64,000 nt of DNA from Mobula hypostoma (taxonomy: Eukaryota): NCBI RefSeq assembly GCF_963921235.1, contig NC_086120.1, positions 8,742,001 through 8,806,000 of the forward strand, written 5' to 3'. The notes beneath the pieces were generated by a model. The model saw nothing but the letters and a program-made list of their open reading frames with translations, did not search any database and was not told where the DNA came from. Shown here piece after piece: positions 24,465-36,970 of the stretch (its first letter is position 1; every line of letters begins with the position of its first letter). Both the position numbers and the translations under genes were made by a program.

Positions 24465-27428
24465 AGCGATAGAGCAGTGAAAGAAGTGCATGGAGTAAAG
24501 CCAGATCTAACATACAGAGAGGCTTTGAGGAAAGAGAAGCAGAATAAATGGTGTAAAGACAGTAGGGTAGAAGGGCTGAAATGTGTGTACCTCAATGCAA
24601 GAAGCATCAGGAACAAAGGTGATGAACTGAGAGCTTGGATACATACATGGAATTATGATGTAGTGGCCATTACAGTGACTTGACTGGCACCAGGGCAGGA
24701 ATGGATTCTCAATATTCCTGGATTTCAGTGCTTTAAAAGGGATAGAGAGGACGGAAAAAGGGGAGGAGGGGTGGCGTTACTGGTCAGGGATACTATTACA
24801 GCTACAGAAAGGGTGGGTAATGTAGCAGAATCCTCTTTTGAGTCAATGTGGATGGAAGTCAGGAACAAGAATGGAGCAGTTACTCTACTGGGGGTATTCT
24901 ATAGGCCCCCTGGTAGCAGCAGAGATAGAGAGGAACAAATTGGGAGGCAGATTTTGGAAAGGTGCAAAAATAACAGGGTTGTTATCATGGGTGACTTTAA
25001 CTTCCCTAATATTGATTGGCACCTGATTACTTCCAAGGGTTTTGATGGTGCAGAGTTTGTTAAGTGTGTCCAGGATGGATTCCTGTCACAGTATGTTGAC
25101 AGGCCGATCAGGGGGAATGCCATACTAGATCTAGTACTAGGTAATGAACTGGGTCAGGTCACAGATTTCTCAGTGGGTGAGCATCTGGGGGACAGTGATC
25201 ACTGCTCCCTGGCCTTTATAATTATCATGGAAAAGGATAGAATGAAAGAGGACAGGAAAATTTTTAATTGGGGAAAGGCAAATTATGAGGCTATAAGGCT
25301 CGAACTTGCGGGTGTGAATTGGGATGGTGTTTTTGCTGGGAAATATACTATGGACATGTATTTGATGTTTAGAGATCTCTTGCGGGATGTAAGGGATAAA
25401 TTTGTCCCGGTGAGGAAGATAAAGAATGGTAGGGTGAAGGAACCATGGGTGACAAGTGAGGTGAAAAATCTAGCCAGGTGGAAGAAGGCAGCATACATGA
25501 GGTTTAGGAAGGAAGGATCAGATGGGTCTATTGAGGAATATAGGGAAGCAAGAAAGGAGCTTAAGAAGGGGCTGAGAACAGCAAGAAGGGGGCATGAGAA
25601 GGCCTTGGTGAGTAGGGTAAAGGAAAACCCCAAGGCATTCTTCAATTATGTGAAGAAAAAGAGGATGACAGGAGTGAAGGTAGGACCAATTAGAGATAAA
25701 GGTGGGAAGATGTGCCTGGAGGCTGTGGAAGTGAGCGAGGTCCTCAATGAATACTTCTCTTCGGTATTCACCAATGAGAGGGAACTTGATGATGGTGAGG
25801 ACAATCTGAGTGAGGTTGATGTTCTGGAGCATGTTGATATTAAGGGAGAGGAGGTGTTGGAGTTGTTAAAATACATTAGGACAGTTAAGTCCCCGGGGCC
25901 TGACGGAATATTCCCCAGGCTGCTCCAGGAGGCGAGAGAAGAGATTGCTGAGCCTCTGGCTAGGATCTTTATGTCCTTGTTGTCCACGGGAATGGTACCA
26001 GAGGATTGGATGGAGGCGAATGTTGTTCCCTTGTTCAAAAAAGGTAGTAGGGATAGTCCGGGTAATTATAGACCAGTGAGCCTTACGTCTGTGGTGGGAA
26101 AGCTGTTGGAAAAGATTCTTAGAGAGAGGATCTATAGGCATTTAGAGAATCATGGTCTGATCAGGGACAGTCAGCATGGCTTTGTGAAGGGCAGATCGTG
26201 TCTAACAAGCCTGATAGAGTTCTTTGAGGAGGTGACCAGGCATATAGATGAGGGTAGTGCATTGGATGTGATCTATATGGATTTTAGTAAGGCATTTGAC
26301 AAGATTTCACCCGGTAGGCTTATTCAGAAAGTTAGAGGACATGGGATCCAGGGAAGTTTGGCCAGGTGGATTCAGAATTGGCTTGCCTGCAGAAGTCAGA
26401 GGGTGGTGGTGGAGGGAGTACATTCAGATTGGAGGATTGTGACTAGTGATGTCCCACAAGGATCTGTCCTGGGACCTCTACTTTTCGTGATTTTTATTAA
26501 TGACCTGGATGTGGGGGTAGAAGGGTGGGTTGGCAAGTTTGCAGATGGCACAAAGGTTGGTGGTGTTGTAGATAGTGTGGAGGATTGTCAAAGATTGCAG
26601 AGAGACATTGATAGGATGCAGAAGTGGGCGAGAAGTGGCAGATGGAGTTCAACCCGGAGAAGTGTGAGGTGGTACACTTTGGAAGGACATACTCCAAGGC
26701 AGAGTACAAAGTAAATGGTAGGATACATGGTAGTGTGAAGGAGCAGAGGGATCTCGGGGTACATGTCCACAGATTCCTGAAAGTTGCCTCACAGGTGGAT
26801 AGGGTAGTTAAGAAAGCTTATGGGGTGTTAGCTTTCATAAGTCGAGGGATAGAGTTTAAGAGTCGCGATGTAATGATGCAACTGTATAAAACTCTGGTTA
26901 GGCCACAGTTGGAGTACTGTGTCCAGTTCTGGTCACCTCACTATAGGAAGGATGTGGCAGCAGTGGAAAGGGTACAGAGGAGATTTACCAGGATGCTGCC
27001 TGGTTTAGAAAGTATGCATTATGATCAGAGATTAAGGGAGCTAGGGCTTTACTCTTTGGAGAGAAGGAGGATGAGAGGAGACATGATAGAGGTGTACAAG
27101 ATAATAAGAGGAATAGATAGAGTGGATAGCCAGCGCCTCTTCCCCAGGGCACCACTGCTCAATACAAGAGGACATGGCTTAAGGTAAGGGGTGGGAAGTT
27201 CAAGGGGAATATTAGAGGAAGGTTTTTTACTCAGAGACTGGTTGGTGCGTGAAATGCACTGCCTGAGTCAGTGGTGGAGGCAGATACACTAGTGAAGTTT
27301 AAGAGACAACTAGACAGGTATATGGAGGAATCTAAGGTGGGGGCTTATATGGGAGGCAGGGTTTGAGGGTCGGCACAACATTGAGGGCCAAAGGGCCTGT
27401 ACTGTGCTGTACTATTCTATGTTCTATG
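24465..27428 (+). mobile_element. CR1 LINE subfamily A, ORF2 nearly complete, ORF1 missing
   Basis: 647-aa ORF with APE and RT; near-identical to 6725-12205; tail CTATTCTATGTTCTATG. Confidence 0.9.
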
Positions 27429-27783
27429 ATTGGACACGCTGGAGGCAGGAAGCACGTTCCCGCTGATGGGTGAGTTCAGAACCAGAGGCCACAGTTTAGG
27501 AATAAGGAGTAGGCTATTTGGAACGAAGTTGAGGAAAAACTTTTTCACCCTGAGAGTGGTGGATATATGGAATGCTCTGCCCCAGAAGGCTGTGAAGGCC
27601 AAGTCTCTGGATACTTTCAAGAAAGAGATGGACAGAGCTCTTAAAGATAGCAGAATCAAAGGTTATGGGGATAAGGCAGGAACTGGACACTGATTGTGGA
27701 TGATCAGCCATGATCACAGTGAATGGCGGTGCTGGCTTAAAGGGCCGAATGGCCTACACCTGCACCTATTGTCTATTGTCTAT
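27429..27783 (+). mobile_element. CR1 subfamily B 3' fragment
   Basis: Matches 10260-10613; tail CCTATTGTCTATTGTCTAT. Confidence 0.8.
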
Positions 27784-28289
27784 AGCAGCATTATTGGACT
27801 AATTTCCAGTGACAAACTTGAATATTCAAAGAGAAACAAGAAACCCAACATTGTCAAAAGTCCATGACATCACCATGCAAGGATGGCCAGCTCATGATAA
27901 TCTGACATTCCCAAAGTTCTCAGTGAGACCAGACCAACTGTCGACATGTCAAAGAACGCTGATGTGTGCATCTCATGTAGTGGTTGCCTCGAAACTGCGC
28001 ACCAGAGTGTTAGAGAATCTGCGTGAAGGACACCTGGATACAGTCAAGATGAAGAGTGTTGCCTGAAAGTGCGTGTGGTGGCTGGGAATAGATAAACAGA
28101 TCTTTGGCTTGGCCAAAAGCCATTCAGGATCCCATAACGTTCAAAATGTGCCACCATAGGCACTGTACACACAAGGGACTGGCCATCATCACCATGGCAA
28201 AGAGTGCATATTGACATTGCTGGGCCATTCATGGATTTCATGTTTCTGATTGCTGTGGATGCTCACATGAAGTGGCCTGAAATCACACA

Positions 28290-28983
28290 GTACCCGTGCC
28301 CTCACCCCATCCTCCCGCCACTCCACAAGGAATAGGGTTCCCCTTGTCCTCACCTACCACCCCACCAGCCTCCGGTTCCAACATATAATTCTCCGTAACT
28401 TCTGCCACCTCCAGTGGGATCCCACCACTAAGCACATCTTTCCCTCCCCCCACTCTGCTTTCCAAAGGGATCGCTCCCTATGCGACTCCCCTGTCCATTC
28501 GTCCCCACTGATCTCCCTCCCGGCACTTATCCTTGTAAGCAGAACAAGTGCTACACATCCCCTTACACTTCCTCCCTCACCACCATTCAGTGCCCCAGAC
28601 AGTCCTTCCAGGTGAGGTGACACTTCACCTGTGAGTCGGCTGGGGTGATATACTGCGTCCGGTGCTCCCGATGCAGCCTTCTATATATTGGCGAGACCCA
28701 ACGCAGACTGGGAGACCGTTTTGCTGAACATTTATGCTCTGTCCGCTAGAGAAAGCAGGATCTCCCAGTGGCCACACATTTTAATTCCATGTCCCAATCC
28801 CATTTTGATATGTCTATCCACGGCCTCCTCTACTGTAAAGATGAAGCCACACTCAGGTTGGAGGAACAACACCTTATATTCTGTCTGGGTAGCCGCCAAC
28901 CTGACGGCATGAACATTGACTTCTCTGACTTCCGTTAATGCCCTGCCTCCCCCACGTACCCCATCCGTTATTTATTTATTTAC

Positions 28984-29014
<31 letters not shown>

Positions 29015-29360
29015 GTATTCTTTTTCTCTCTCTCCTTTTTCTCCCTCTGTCCCTCTCACTACACTCCTTGCCCATCCTCTGGGCTTCCCCCTCCCCCTTT
29101 CTTTCTCCCTGGGCCTCCTGTCCCATGATCCTCTCATATCCCTTTTGCCCATCAACTGTCCAGCTCTTGGCTCCATCCCTCCCGCTCCTGTCTTCTCTTA
29201 TCATTTTGGATCTCCCCCTCCCTCTTGCACTTTGAAATCTCTTACTAGCTCTTCTTTCAGTTAGTCCTGACGAACGGTCTTGGCTTGAAACTTCGACTGT
29301 ACCTCTTCCTAGAGATGCCGCCTGGCCTACAGCGTTCACCAGCAACTTTTATGTGTGTTG
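28290..29360 (+). mobile_element. Penelope-like element 3' fragment (GIY-YIG endonuclease plus terminal repeat)
   Basis: VIYCVRCSRCSLLYIGETQRRLGDRFAEH (GIY-YIG with CCHH-type cysteines); internal (TTA)n near 28984-29008; terminal region shared with the other Penelope copies. Confidence 0.85.
29263..29298 (+). ncRNA. Minimal type I hammerhead ribozyme motif (Penelope-associated), variant
   Basis: AGTC-CTGACGA-ACGGTCTTGGCTT-GAAAC-TTC-GACT: core CUGANGA/GAAA and stem I AGTC/GACT are present, but the cleavage triplet is UUC and stem III is weakened. Confidence 0.55.
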
Positions 29361-30271
29361 TCAGAAAAGACTGTTTCCGCTCTGAGGACTATCTTCACCA
29401 TAAACGGCTTACCAGAACAAACTGCGAGTGAAAACAGACCACAATATATGTCAGAAAAGTTTAGACAATTCAAGAAGAACAAATAGCATCAAACATTTGA
29501 AGTCAGCTCCTCACCACCCATCAATGAATGGGTTAGCTGAAAGTGTTATCCAAACCTTCAAGAAGTCTATTAAAGCAATGGTCAAGGGGGACACTTCTCT
29601 ACAGCACGAGGCAGACAATTTCTTTAATGTGTATTAGAACTCTGGTCATGTGACAACAAATCAAACACTTGCAATGCTGTTCATGAGCAGGAGTCTGAGA
29701 TCTCGCACAGACTTCCTGAAACCAGATCTACAGAAGAAAGTGCAGAATAACCAGTTCAACCAGTTGCCAATTGAATCAGCAAAGAGCTTTGAGTTTGGAG
29801 AGGAAGTCCGAGCACATGATTACTGAATGCACAAATGGAGAACTGGGAGGATGACTACAAGAACTGGACCACTGATGTACAAAGTGGATGTTGGAGATCA
29901 GACATGGAGATATCAGGTGGGCCAGATACTGGATGCTCAACCAAAGACCACACTGGAGTCAATTGCATCCGACAAGATGGATGCGTTACAGCCACTGGAC
30001 ATACCTCTTAGTGATGGTCATGTCACCAAGAGCAATGTGACACCGGCAACCGAGAATGTTGTCTTTGACACAACACCGACCAAACCTGATGTCACTCCAC
30101 CAGTCCAGAGGCACAACAAGAATGTTATAATTGACAAGACACTTGCCAAACCGAATGCCACCCATAGGTCCAGAGACCTATCCTGAAAAAAAACAGAGCG
30201 ACACCCAAAAGACTGTATCTTTAGTGAAGTTAGTTATGGACTGTTATTGTGAGAGCAATAACTCTCATTGT

Positions 30272-30273
<2 letters not shown>

Positions 30274-30310
<37 letters not shown>
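30274..30310. repeat. (CT)n microsatellite, about 18 units
   Basis: Direct reading of the sequence. Confidence 0.95.
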
Positions 30311-30311
<1 letters not shown>

Positions 30312-30313
<2 letters not shown>

Positions 30314-32000
30314 TTGTCAAAGGCATTCTGACAATCTTAGTACACAACAGCAACTGATTCTCCCTTGTCTATGCTGCAGGTTATTTCTTCAAAGAGTTCC
30401 AACAGATTTACCAGGCAATATTTTCCCTTGAGGAAACTGTACTGACTACACCCCATTTTATCATGTGCCTCCAAGTTCTCTGAGAACTCATCCTTAATAA
30501 TCAACTCCAATATCTTCCCAAACACTGACATCAGACTAACTGGCCTACTGCTTCCTTTCTGCGGCCTCTCTCCCCTTTTGAAGAGTGGAGTGGCATTTGC
30601 AATTTTCCAGTCTTCCAGAACCGAGTAATTCTTGAAAGATCATTACAAATGCCTCCACCATCTCTTCATTCACCTCTTTCAGAACCCTGGGTTGCATACC
30701 ATCTGGTCCAGGTGACGTATCTACCTTCAGACCTTTCAGTTTCGCAAGAATCTCTCCCTAGAAAAAGTATCTTCATAAACATCATGCCCCCTGACACCTG
30801 GAATTTCCACCAAACTGCTAGTATCTTCCACAGTGAAGGCTGATGCAAAATATTTATTCAGATTGTCCGCTATTTCCTGATACCCCGTGATTATTTCTTC
30901 AGCATCGATTTCCATCAGTCCAATATCCATTCTCACCTCTCTTTTACACTTTATATATCTGAAGAAACTTTTAGTATCCACTTTAGTATTATTGGCTAGC
31001 TTACTTTTGTATACCCTCGTTACCTTCCCAATGACTTTTTTAGTTGCCTTCTGTTGTTCTTTAAAAGTTTCCCAGTCTTCTCATTTCCCACTAACTTTTG
31101 CTCTGCTATATTCCAAGCTCGAGAGGCTTCGGCGAGGAGGCTGAGAGAGGAGACTACGCCACAGGTGGAGAGGGTGAGATGTGGTGAAGAGATGACCGCT
31201 AGGCTGATTCAGTGTGCTGCATGCATGATGTGGGAGGTCAGGGACAGTGATGGTGCCTCTGGCTCCTACACCTGTGGAAAATGTGTCCAGTTTCAGCTTC
31301 TGAAGGACCGTGTTGCAGCACTGGAGAGGCAAATGGATGACCTTAAGAGCAACGTTGTCTCCTCTGCCTTCCTTCTAGTCCTTTTGATATAATGTGTATC
31401 TTTGGACATGAAGCTCTCAGCTATAATCTTCTTTCACTCATGATTCATCACACCTGCCAATCTGAAACTACATCTATCTTTTTCTGTATACTATGCGCAT
31501 TAAAATATAACACCTTCAGTACTGTATTCCACCTTTTGTCTGCTTTTTACATTGCAACTCATCCTCTTGAGTGCAATTTTGCCCTATCAACAGCCTCTCC
31601 TCACTACACATTGCCTTTGTTTGTAAGCCGACTACCTAATCTTCAGTACTATCATCCACCTTTCCTATGATACTTCTTGCATTGCTCAGGACGCCAGTCA
31701 CACCATGCTCAACCTGTTGATTGCTAACTTTGTCCGAGGTCTTATCAACATCTGCCTCCACAACTTCTCCACTAACTGTCCTGGCCCTCTGGTTCCCATC
31801 CCCCTGCAACTCTAGTTTAAAGGGCACCATGCAGCATTAGCAAATCTTCCTGCTAGGATATTGGTCCCCTTCCAGTTCCAGAACAAACAATCCTTTCTGT
31901 ACAGGTCCAACCTTATTGAGAGATATCTCGGACCCTGGCACCCGGCAGGCAATATACCATCCGGGAATCTCAATAGAGATAGAGAGAGAAAGAATAAAAG
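30312..32000 (-). mobile_element. Degenerate CR1 on minus strand, containing a + strand ORF1 5' piece at about 31111-31350
   Basis: Minus ORFs FGKILELIIKDE.., KSFFRYIKCKRE.., WKGTNILAGRFA; + strand piece CAACMMWEVR..YTCGKCVQFQLLKDRVAALERQMDDL. Confidence 0.7.
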
Positions 32001-33229
32001 AGCCATTGACTGATATTCTGTACTTCAAGGAATTTGAGTTAATCCTAATTTTACCACAAGAACTTCGATAGGTCTCGAGGAAAGTTTCTGTGTAATTAAA
32101 TGGGAAGTTACATTGGAGAACGTCATATATTTTAGTAGGCTGTGTAACTATGCTTATAAGCTCAATGAGGAAGGGTGCTTTTTAATTTCTACCTACTCAT
32201 TGCCTCTGCCTGTTTTCTTTGGCGTGAATGTTAAAGATTATTTACACTGTACAGCCTAAAGGTATTTATGATTTACTGTTTTCCCTCAAGGTTCTTCGTA
32301 AAATTATTGATAAAGGGTTTGTCTTTGTTCTCTCTTAAGCTCATGTTTTATCCTTTCTTACCTCTTTCCTTCCTTTATTTTCTGAAGTATGTTTGAAAGA
32401 ATTAATGGCATGATACAAACTGATTGCGGTTCTGGCCAATGCTGTATGCAATGAGAGGGTATCTGAATCCAGGTGCAAGATTCACATTTGTTGAATATCA
32501 TTGATTCAGAATGGGAATATTTGAAATATTCTCTTCCTTTTTCAGAATAATTCTTTCCCAGCAGACTAGGTCATATAATGATCATGCATTTTGTACATTT
32601 AATGTATTATCAAATTTTTAATAGTTTTATCACTCAAGTAAAGGGATGAGGGATTGATGAGTTATAAATGTTTGAAATGAGATATGACATTCATCACTGA
32701 CAAAACGCCAAGACTTCCAGGAAGGACAAATGCAGGTGATTCAGAAGATCACCACCTCCTCAGGTCCCCTCTCAAACTGGCATCCTGGTCTGTGTGCATC
32801 ACCAGTCTTTCAACTGACCTTCTGAAACACCCTTCCCGACGTCATTGTGAGAGCACCTTCCTCAGAAGGATAGCAGTGAGTCCGTCCATGGTTCACCACC
32901 ACTCCCTTAAGGGATGGGCAATTGATTTTGGCCTGCCAGTGATGCCCAAATCCCTGGAATAAATTTTAAATATTCAAGAGAGACACAGGTTGAAAAATTA
33001 TGAATTATATTTTAATTTGTTCACAGAAATCATGTCCTAAAACATTGATCCTCTCAAATTGATTTATGGACCAAAGTGATTTTTTCTTGGGATATAAATA
33101 TTGGGAAATGGGGGAGCTGAGAGGGAATTGATAGACTTGCTGATGGAGGTAGATTTCCAGGTCAGATGGCTGTTTCCCAGTGAGTCATGAAAATGCAAAA
33201 AATGACATACAAAGCCTCCAGCCATGCTT

Positions 33230-33520
33230 ACTGCATCTGATTCTCCCAATGTGGCCTCTCCTACATTGGTGAGACCTGGGTGACTACTTTGCTGAGCACT
33301 TGTGTTCCATCTGCCATGACCATCTGGAGTACCCAGTTACCAGCCATTTAATTGTCAGGTCTGCTCTTACACTGTCATGTCAGTGCTCAGTCCCATCATC
33401 TTCCAGGGTGAGGCTAAACACAAACCAGAGGATCATCACCTTATCACCTTCTATGCCACTTGGGTAGACTACAGCCTAATGACATGAGAACTGAATTCTC
33501 TAATCTCCAGTCAACTATTC
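33230..33520 (+). mobile_element. Old Penelope GIY-YIG remnant
   Basis: TGCATCTGATTCTCCCAATGTGGCCTCTCCTACATTGGTGAGAC resembles the CSQCGFLYIGET region of the younger copies. Confidence 0.6.
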
Positions 33521-33839
33521 CTCCTCAGCTTTTTTTTTTCTTTCCTCCTGGTCTACCCATTTTTCCTGCATGCTCTCCAACTCCTATCACCAAATTTTTG
33601 TCCCTTCCTCTACCCACTGCATCTTGCCATCACCCACACATTCCTCCCACAGTCTCCCATCCCTCATCATTTCCATTTTCCTCACTTGATTCCATTACCC
33701 AACAACCCCTCCTATCAGGGTCTTCAAAAGAACCCTGAAAAGGTAAAAAAAAAGAGATATTTAAGATAGAAATACAGCTGTTTCAAAGATGCATTTAAAA
33801 GAATTGCCATTAGGCATCACTGTCCTCCTAAACTCCAGT

Positions 33840-34080
33840 TGCCTCACATAATGGCACACATTATCTACAACCTCCCAGACAACCTCAACCCAGTGCAATT
33901 CGCCTGTGGTGGATGCCATCTCCCTGACTCAATAGTCATATCTGGAACACCTGGACAGTAAAGGCCACCTTGTTCAGTCTATTGTTTATTGACTACAGCC
34001 CCAGCTTCAATACTATAATCCCAGGCAAATTCATCATGAAACTCCAAGACCTGGGGGTCAAGACATCTTTCCACAATGGA
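33840..34080 (+). mobile_element. Rex1/Babar RT remnant
   Basis: NLNPVQFA..DAISL..LFIDYSPSFNTIIP..KLQDLG in broken frames. Confidence 0.6.
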
Positions 34081-36970
34081 AGCAGGTGAGTGAATTCACA
34101 AAGCAGCTCAACTTTTCATCTCAAGAGTTGTGAGAAATATACCTACTCTTAAAACCTGCCTTTCTCTGCTTTTACATACAAATCAATTTGTAATAACCTT
34201 GCTGTTATAACATAACATCCATAACTGCATTAAACTGTGATTCAGTAAATTTTCAAATTAGTATAAGTAGATTACACAATTTAAAAAATTCATTTCTGAT
34301 ATCTGGGCATCACTGGCAGGCCCAGTATCCATTGCTCATCCCATGAGAGATTGGTGATGAACTGTACTCTTGCACTGCTGCTGTCTGGGGGAAGGTGCTC
34401 CCACAGTGACGTCAGAGAGAATGTTGCTGAATATAGGTGGTGGACCAGTGACACATTTCTAGGTCTGGATGGTTTGTAAGTTGGAGGAGAGCCTGCAGGT
34501 GGCGCTGTTCATCAGCAGCTGCTGCACTTGTCCCTCCAGGTGGTCCAGCTGCTGGTTTGAGAGATGCTTCAGAGGAGGTGGGTGAATAACTGAGTGCATC
34601 TTCTAGATTTTCCACACAGCTGCTACCATTGGCATCGGTGGAGGGAATGGATATTTTGGTTAATTTTGGAGGTACTAATCAGGAAGGCTGCTGCAGACAG
34701 GATGATGCAGTGCTTCTTGAGAGACCCTGGGACTGCACTCATCCAAATGAGTGGAGAATAGTCCATCAAATTTTGGCTTATGGAATATATGCAATAAAAA
34801 TATCTTGTGATGCCAGGAGGTGAATCACCCACCACAACATATCCAGACTTTGACCCAGTCCTGGGGCCACGGAATTCAGTTGAATTGCCAACATGATTTT
34901 TCAGTCAATGTGAACTTGGCATATTCATGGTGGAGGAATTAGCAATGTTAATATCATTGAATATCAAGGCTAGGTAGTTAGATTCTCTGTTCTTGGAGAT
35001 AGTCATTGCCTGACATTATGGGTACAAATACCATTTGTCACTTATCGGCCAATGACTGAATGTTGTCGACGTCTGGATGACATACAGGCTGGGATTGAAG
35101 CATTAGCTGAGGGGTTACAAGTGGAACTGAACATTCTGCAGATGTCAGTGGACATCCCACTTCTGACATTATGATGGAAGGATGCCAGCGATGAAACGAT
35201 TGAAAGGAGGACATTGCCCTGAGGAATTTCTGCCATTATGATGAACACAAAATATTCTGCAGATGCTGGAAATCCATCATCCTGTGGTGATGTCCTGATT
35301 CTGGGATGCTTGACATTCCTTTCTACAAAGCTTGGCTCCAATTATAGACAAGAGCAGTATAGACAAGATTCCAACTCCATCCTCACCATTCTGTGTATGT
35401 CCTGTCCCAAAAGACTCTCTGGAGGTGGGGCACAGTGGTGTACTGGCAGGGTCAAGGATCCCTTGGTGTCCTGAGCATTGAATCCAGGCAGAGAGCAGGC
35501 TCATAGCATCAGGTGAAACGTGCACAGGGAGAGCTCCTCCTGATTACAATCTCCTGGCCTCCCTCCATTGATGAATGGATATTCCCCATGTTGAGCAACA
35601 CAGAAAGTACCGAGAGAAGCACGGACACAAAGTGTTCCTGGGGACTTCAGTGGCCATCACCAAGAGTGGTTTGGTCTCACCATCACAGACTGAGTTGCAC
35701 AAGTCCTGAAAAACAGAGCTTCCAGACTGAGCCTCCGGTAGGCAGTGAATAAACAGCAGCATGGAGAAACATGTTTGACCTCAACCTCACCAATCCACAT
35801 ATAGCAGATGCTTCTGTCAATGATTGTACTGGTAGAAGTCCTCACCAGATGGATGTAAAGTAGATGGCAGTGAGAAGAAATCATATTCTCCAAATCTCTT
35901 CATTTCTTTATTCCTCTGATTTGAATGAAAGGAAATCAAGCTTTGCCAATGGAATGGGTGTGAACTCACTGTCACACAGTTAAACCATCAGGCCTCTTTA
36001 ACATTTCCTTCCCCAGAAATTCAGTGCATAAATCTGTGGGGTAAATAAACTCTGACAACAAACATGGCACAAATTTTGAAGCAATTCTTGTCCTCACTGC
36101 CATAACTCAAAGAAATAATATCCCTTTAAAGGTCAAGTGGTTGACAGATACTCACAATAATATCAGGGAGAACAGAAAATGATATTTGGATAATATGGTA
36201 GAAAAGGCAAATGAAAATGTTCTGGGCTGTCCCTCTCCTTAAAATAACAGCTCATTTCCTGCTGGGGACACAGATATTCGTTATCTTCATACACAGGCAG
36301 CAGCTGATCAGAACTGCACCAAAACTTATTTTTTAAATGGTGAGGCACTTTTTATTTAGAAATTAAATCATTGAAATGATTTGTATCTCCCACATTAACA
36401 CACCTCAATAAAATCAACTTTTCCACAGAATTTTTTTCTCTGTGTGTTACATTACAGACCTCCTCCATTCATAACTTATTTCCAATTTGATAAAACTGAT
36501 CTGTGAGAGTATTAAATGATTGACACAGGCCCTGTACTGAAATGAGTGCAGTTGGCTTTCAAAGTACTCTTTATTCCAAGGATCCAGAGATCTAGTTTAA
36601 GTTTTATCAATGTCTGAAATGTAGGCTCTTAATATTCTGCAGTTCATTGATAACGGAATATTATAGTCAAGTAATATTAATGTATTAGTACTACTGAAAA
36701 TATCAGTCTCTACAGAGTGAAGCAGGAACACTGGAAACAAGCAGTAATATTGTCTAAACAATACCTGAAGTGTTCACTTATATTTACAGTCAGTCTCCAT
36801 GTTAAACATTTTCCCGCAGTGTTCTCAGTATAAGGGAAAGTTTCAGAATCAGAGTCACATTTAAGATCACCGGCATATGTCGTGAAATGTGGTGTTTTGC
36901 AGCAGCACCATGTTGCAATCCATAATAATAAAAATCTATCAATTACAATGAGGTTGAACATATCTACATA

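Larger units (their letters stand above)
27790..30190 (+). mobile_element. Degenerate Ty3/Gypsy pol (integrase region), interrupted by a Penelope fragment
   Basis: LREGHLDTVKMKSVA..VWWLGID (decayed H2C2), PWQRVHIDIAGPF..VDAHMKWPE; resumes at 29361 with SEKTVSALRT and SAPHHPSMNGLAE. Confidence 0.8.

Noticed and set aside
35480-35900. Possible decayed coding sequence (APPDYNLL..HRKYREKHGHKVFLGT)
   Set aside because: Many stops and no recognisable homology; cannot be supported without a search.
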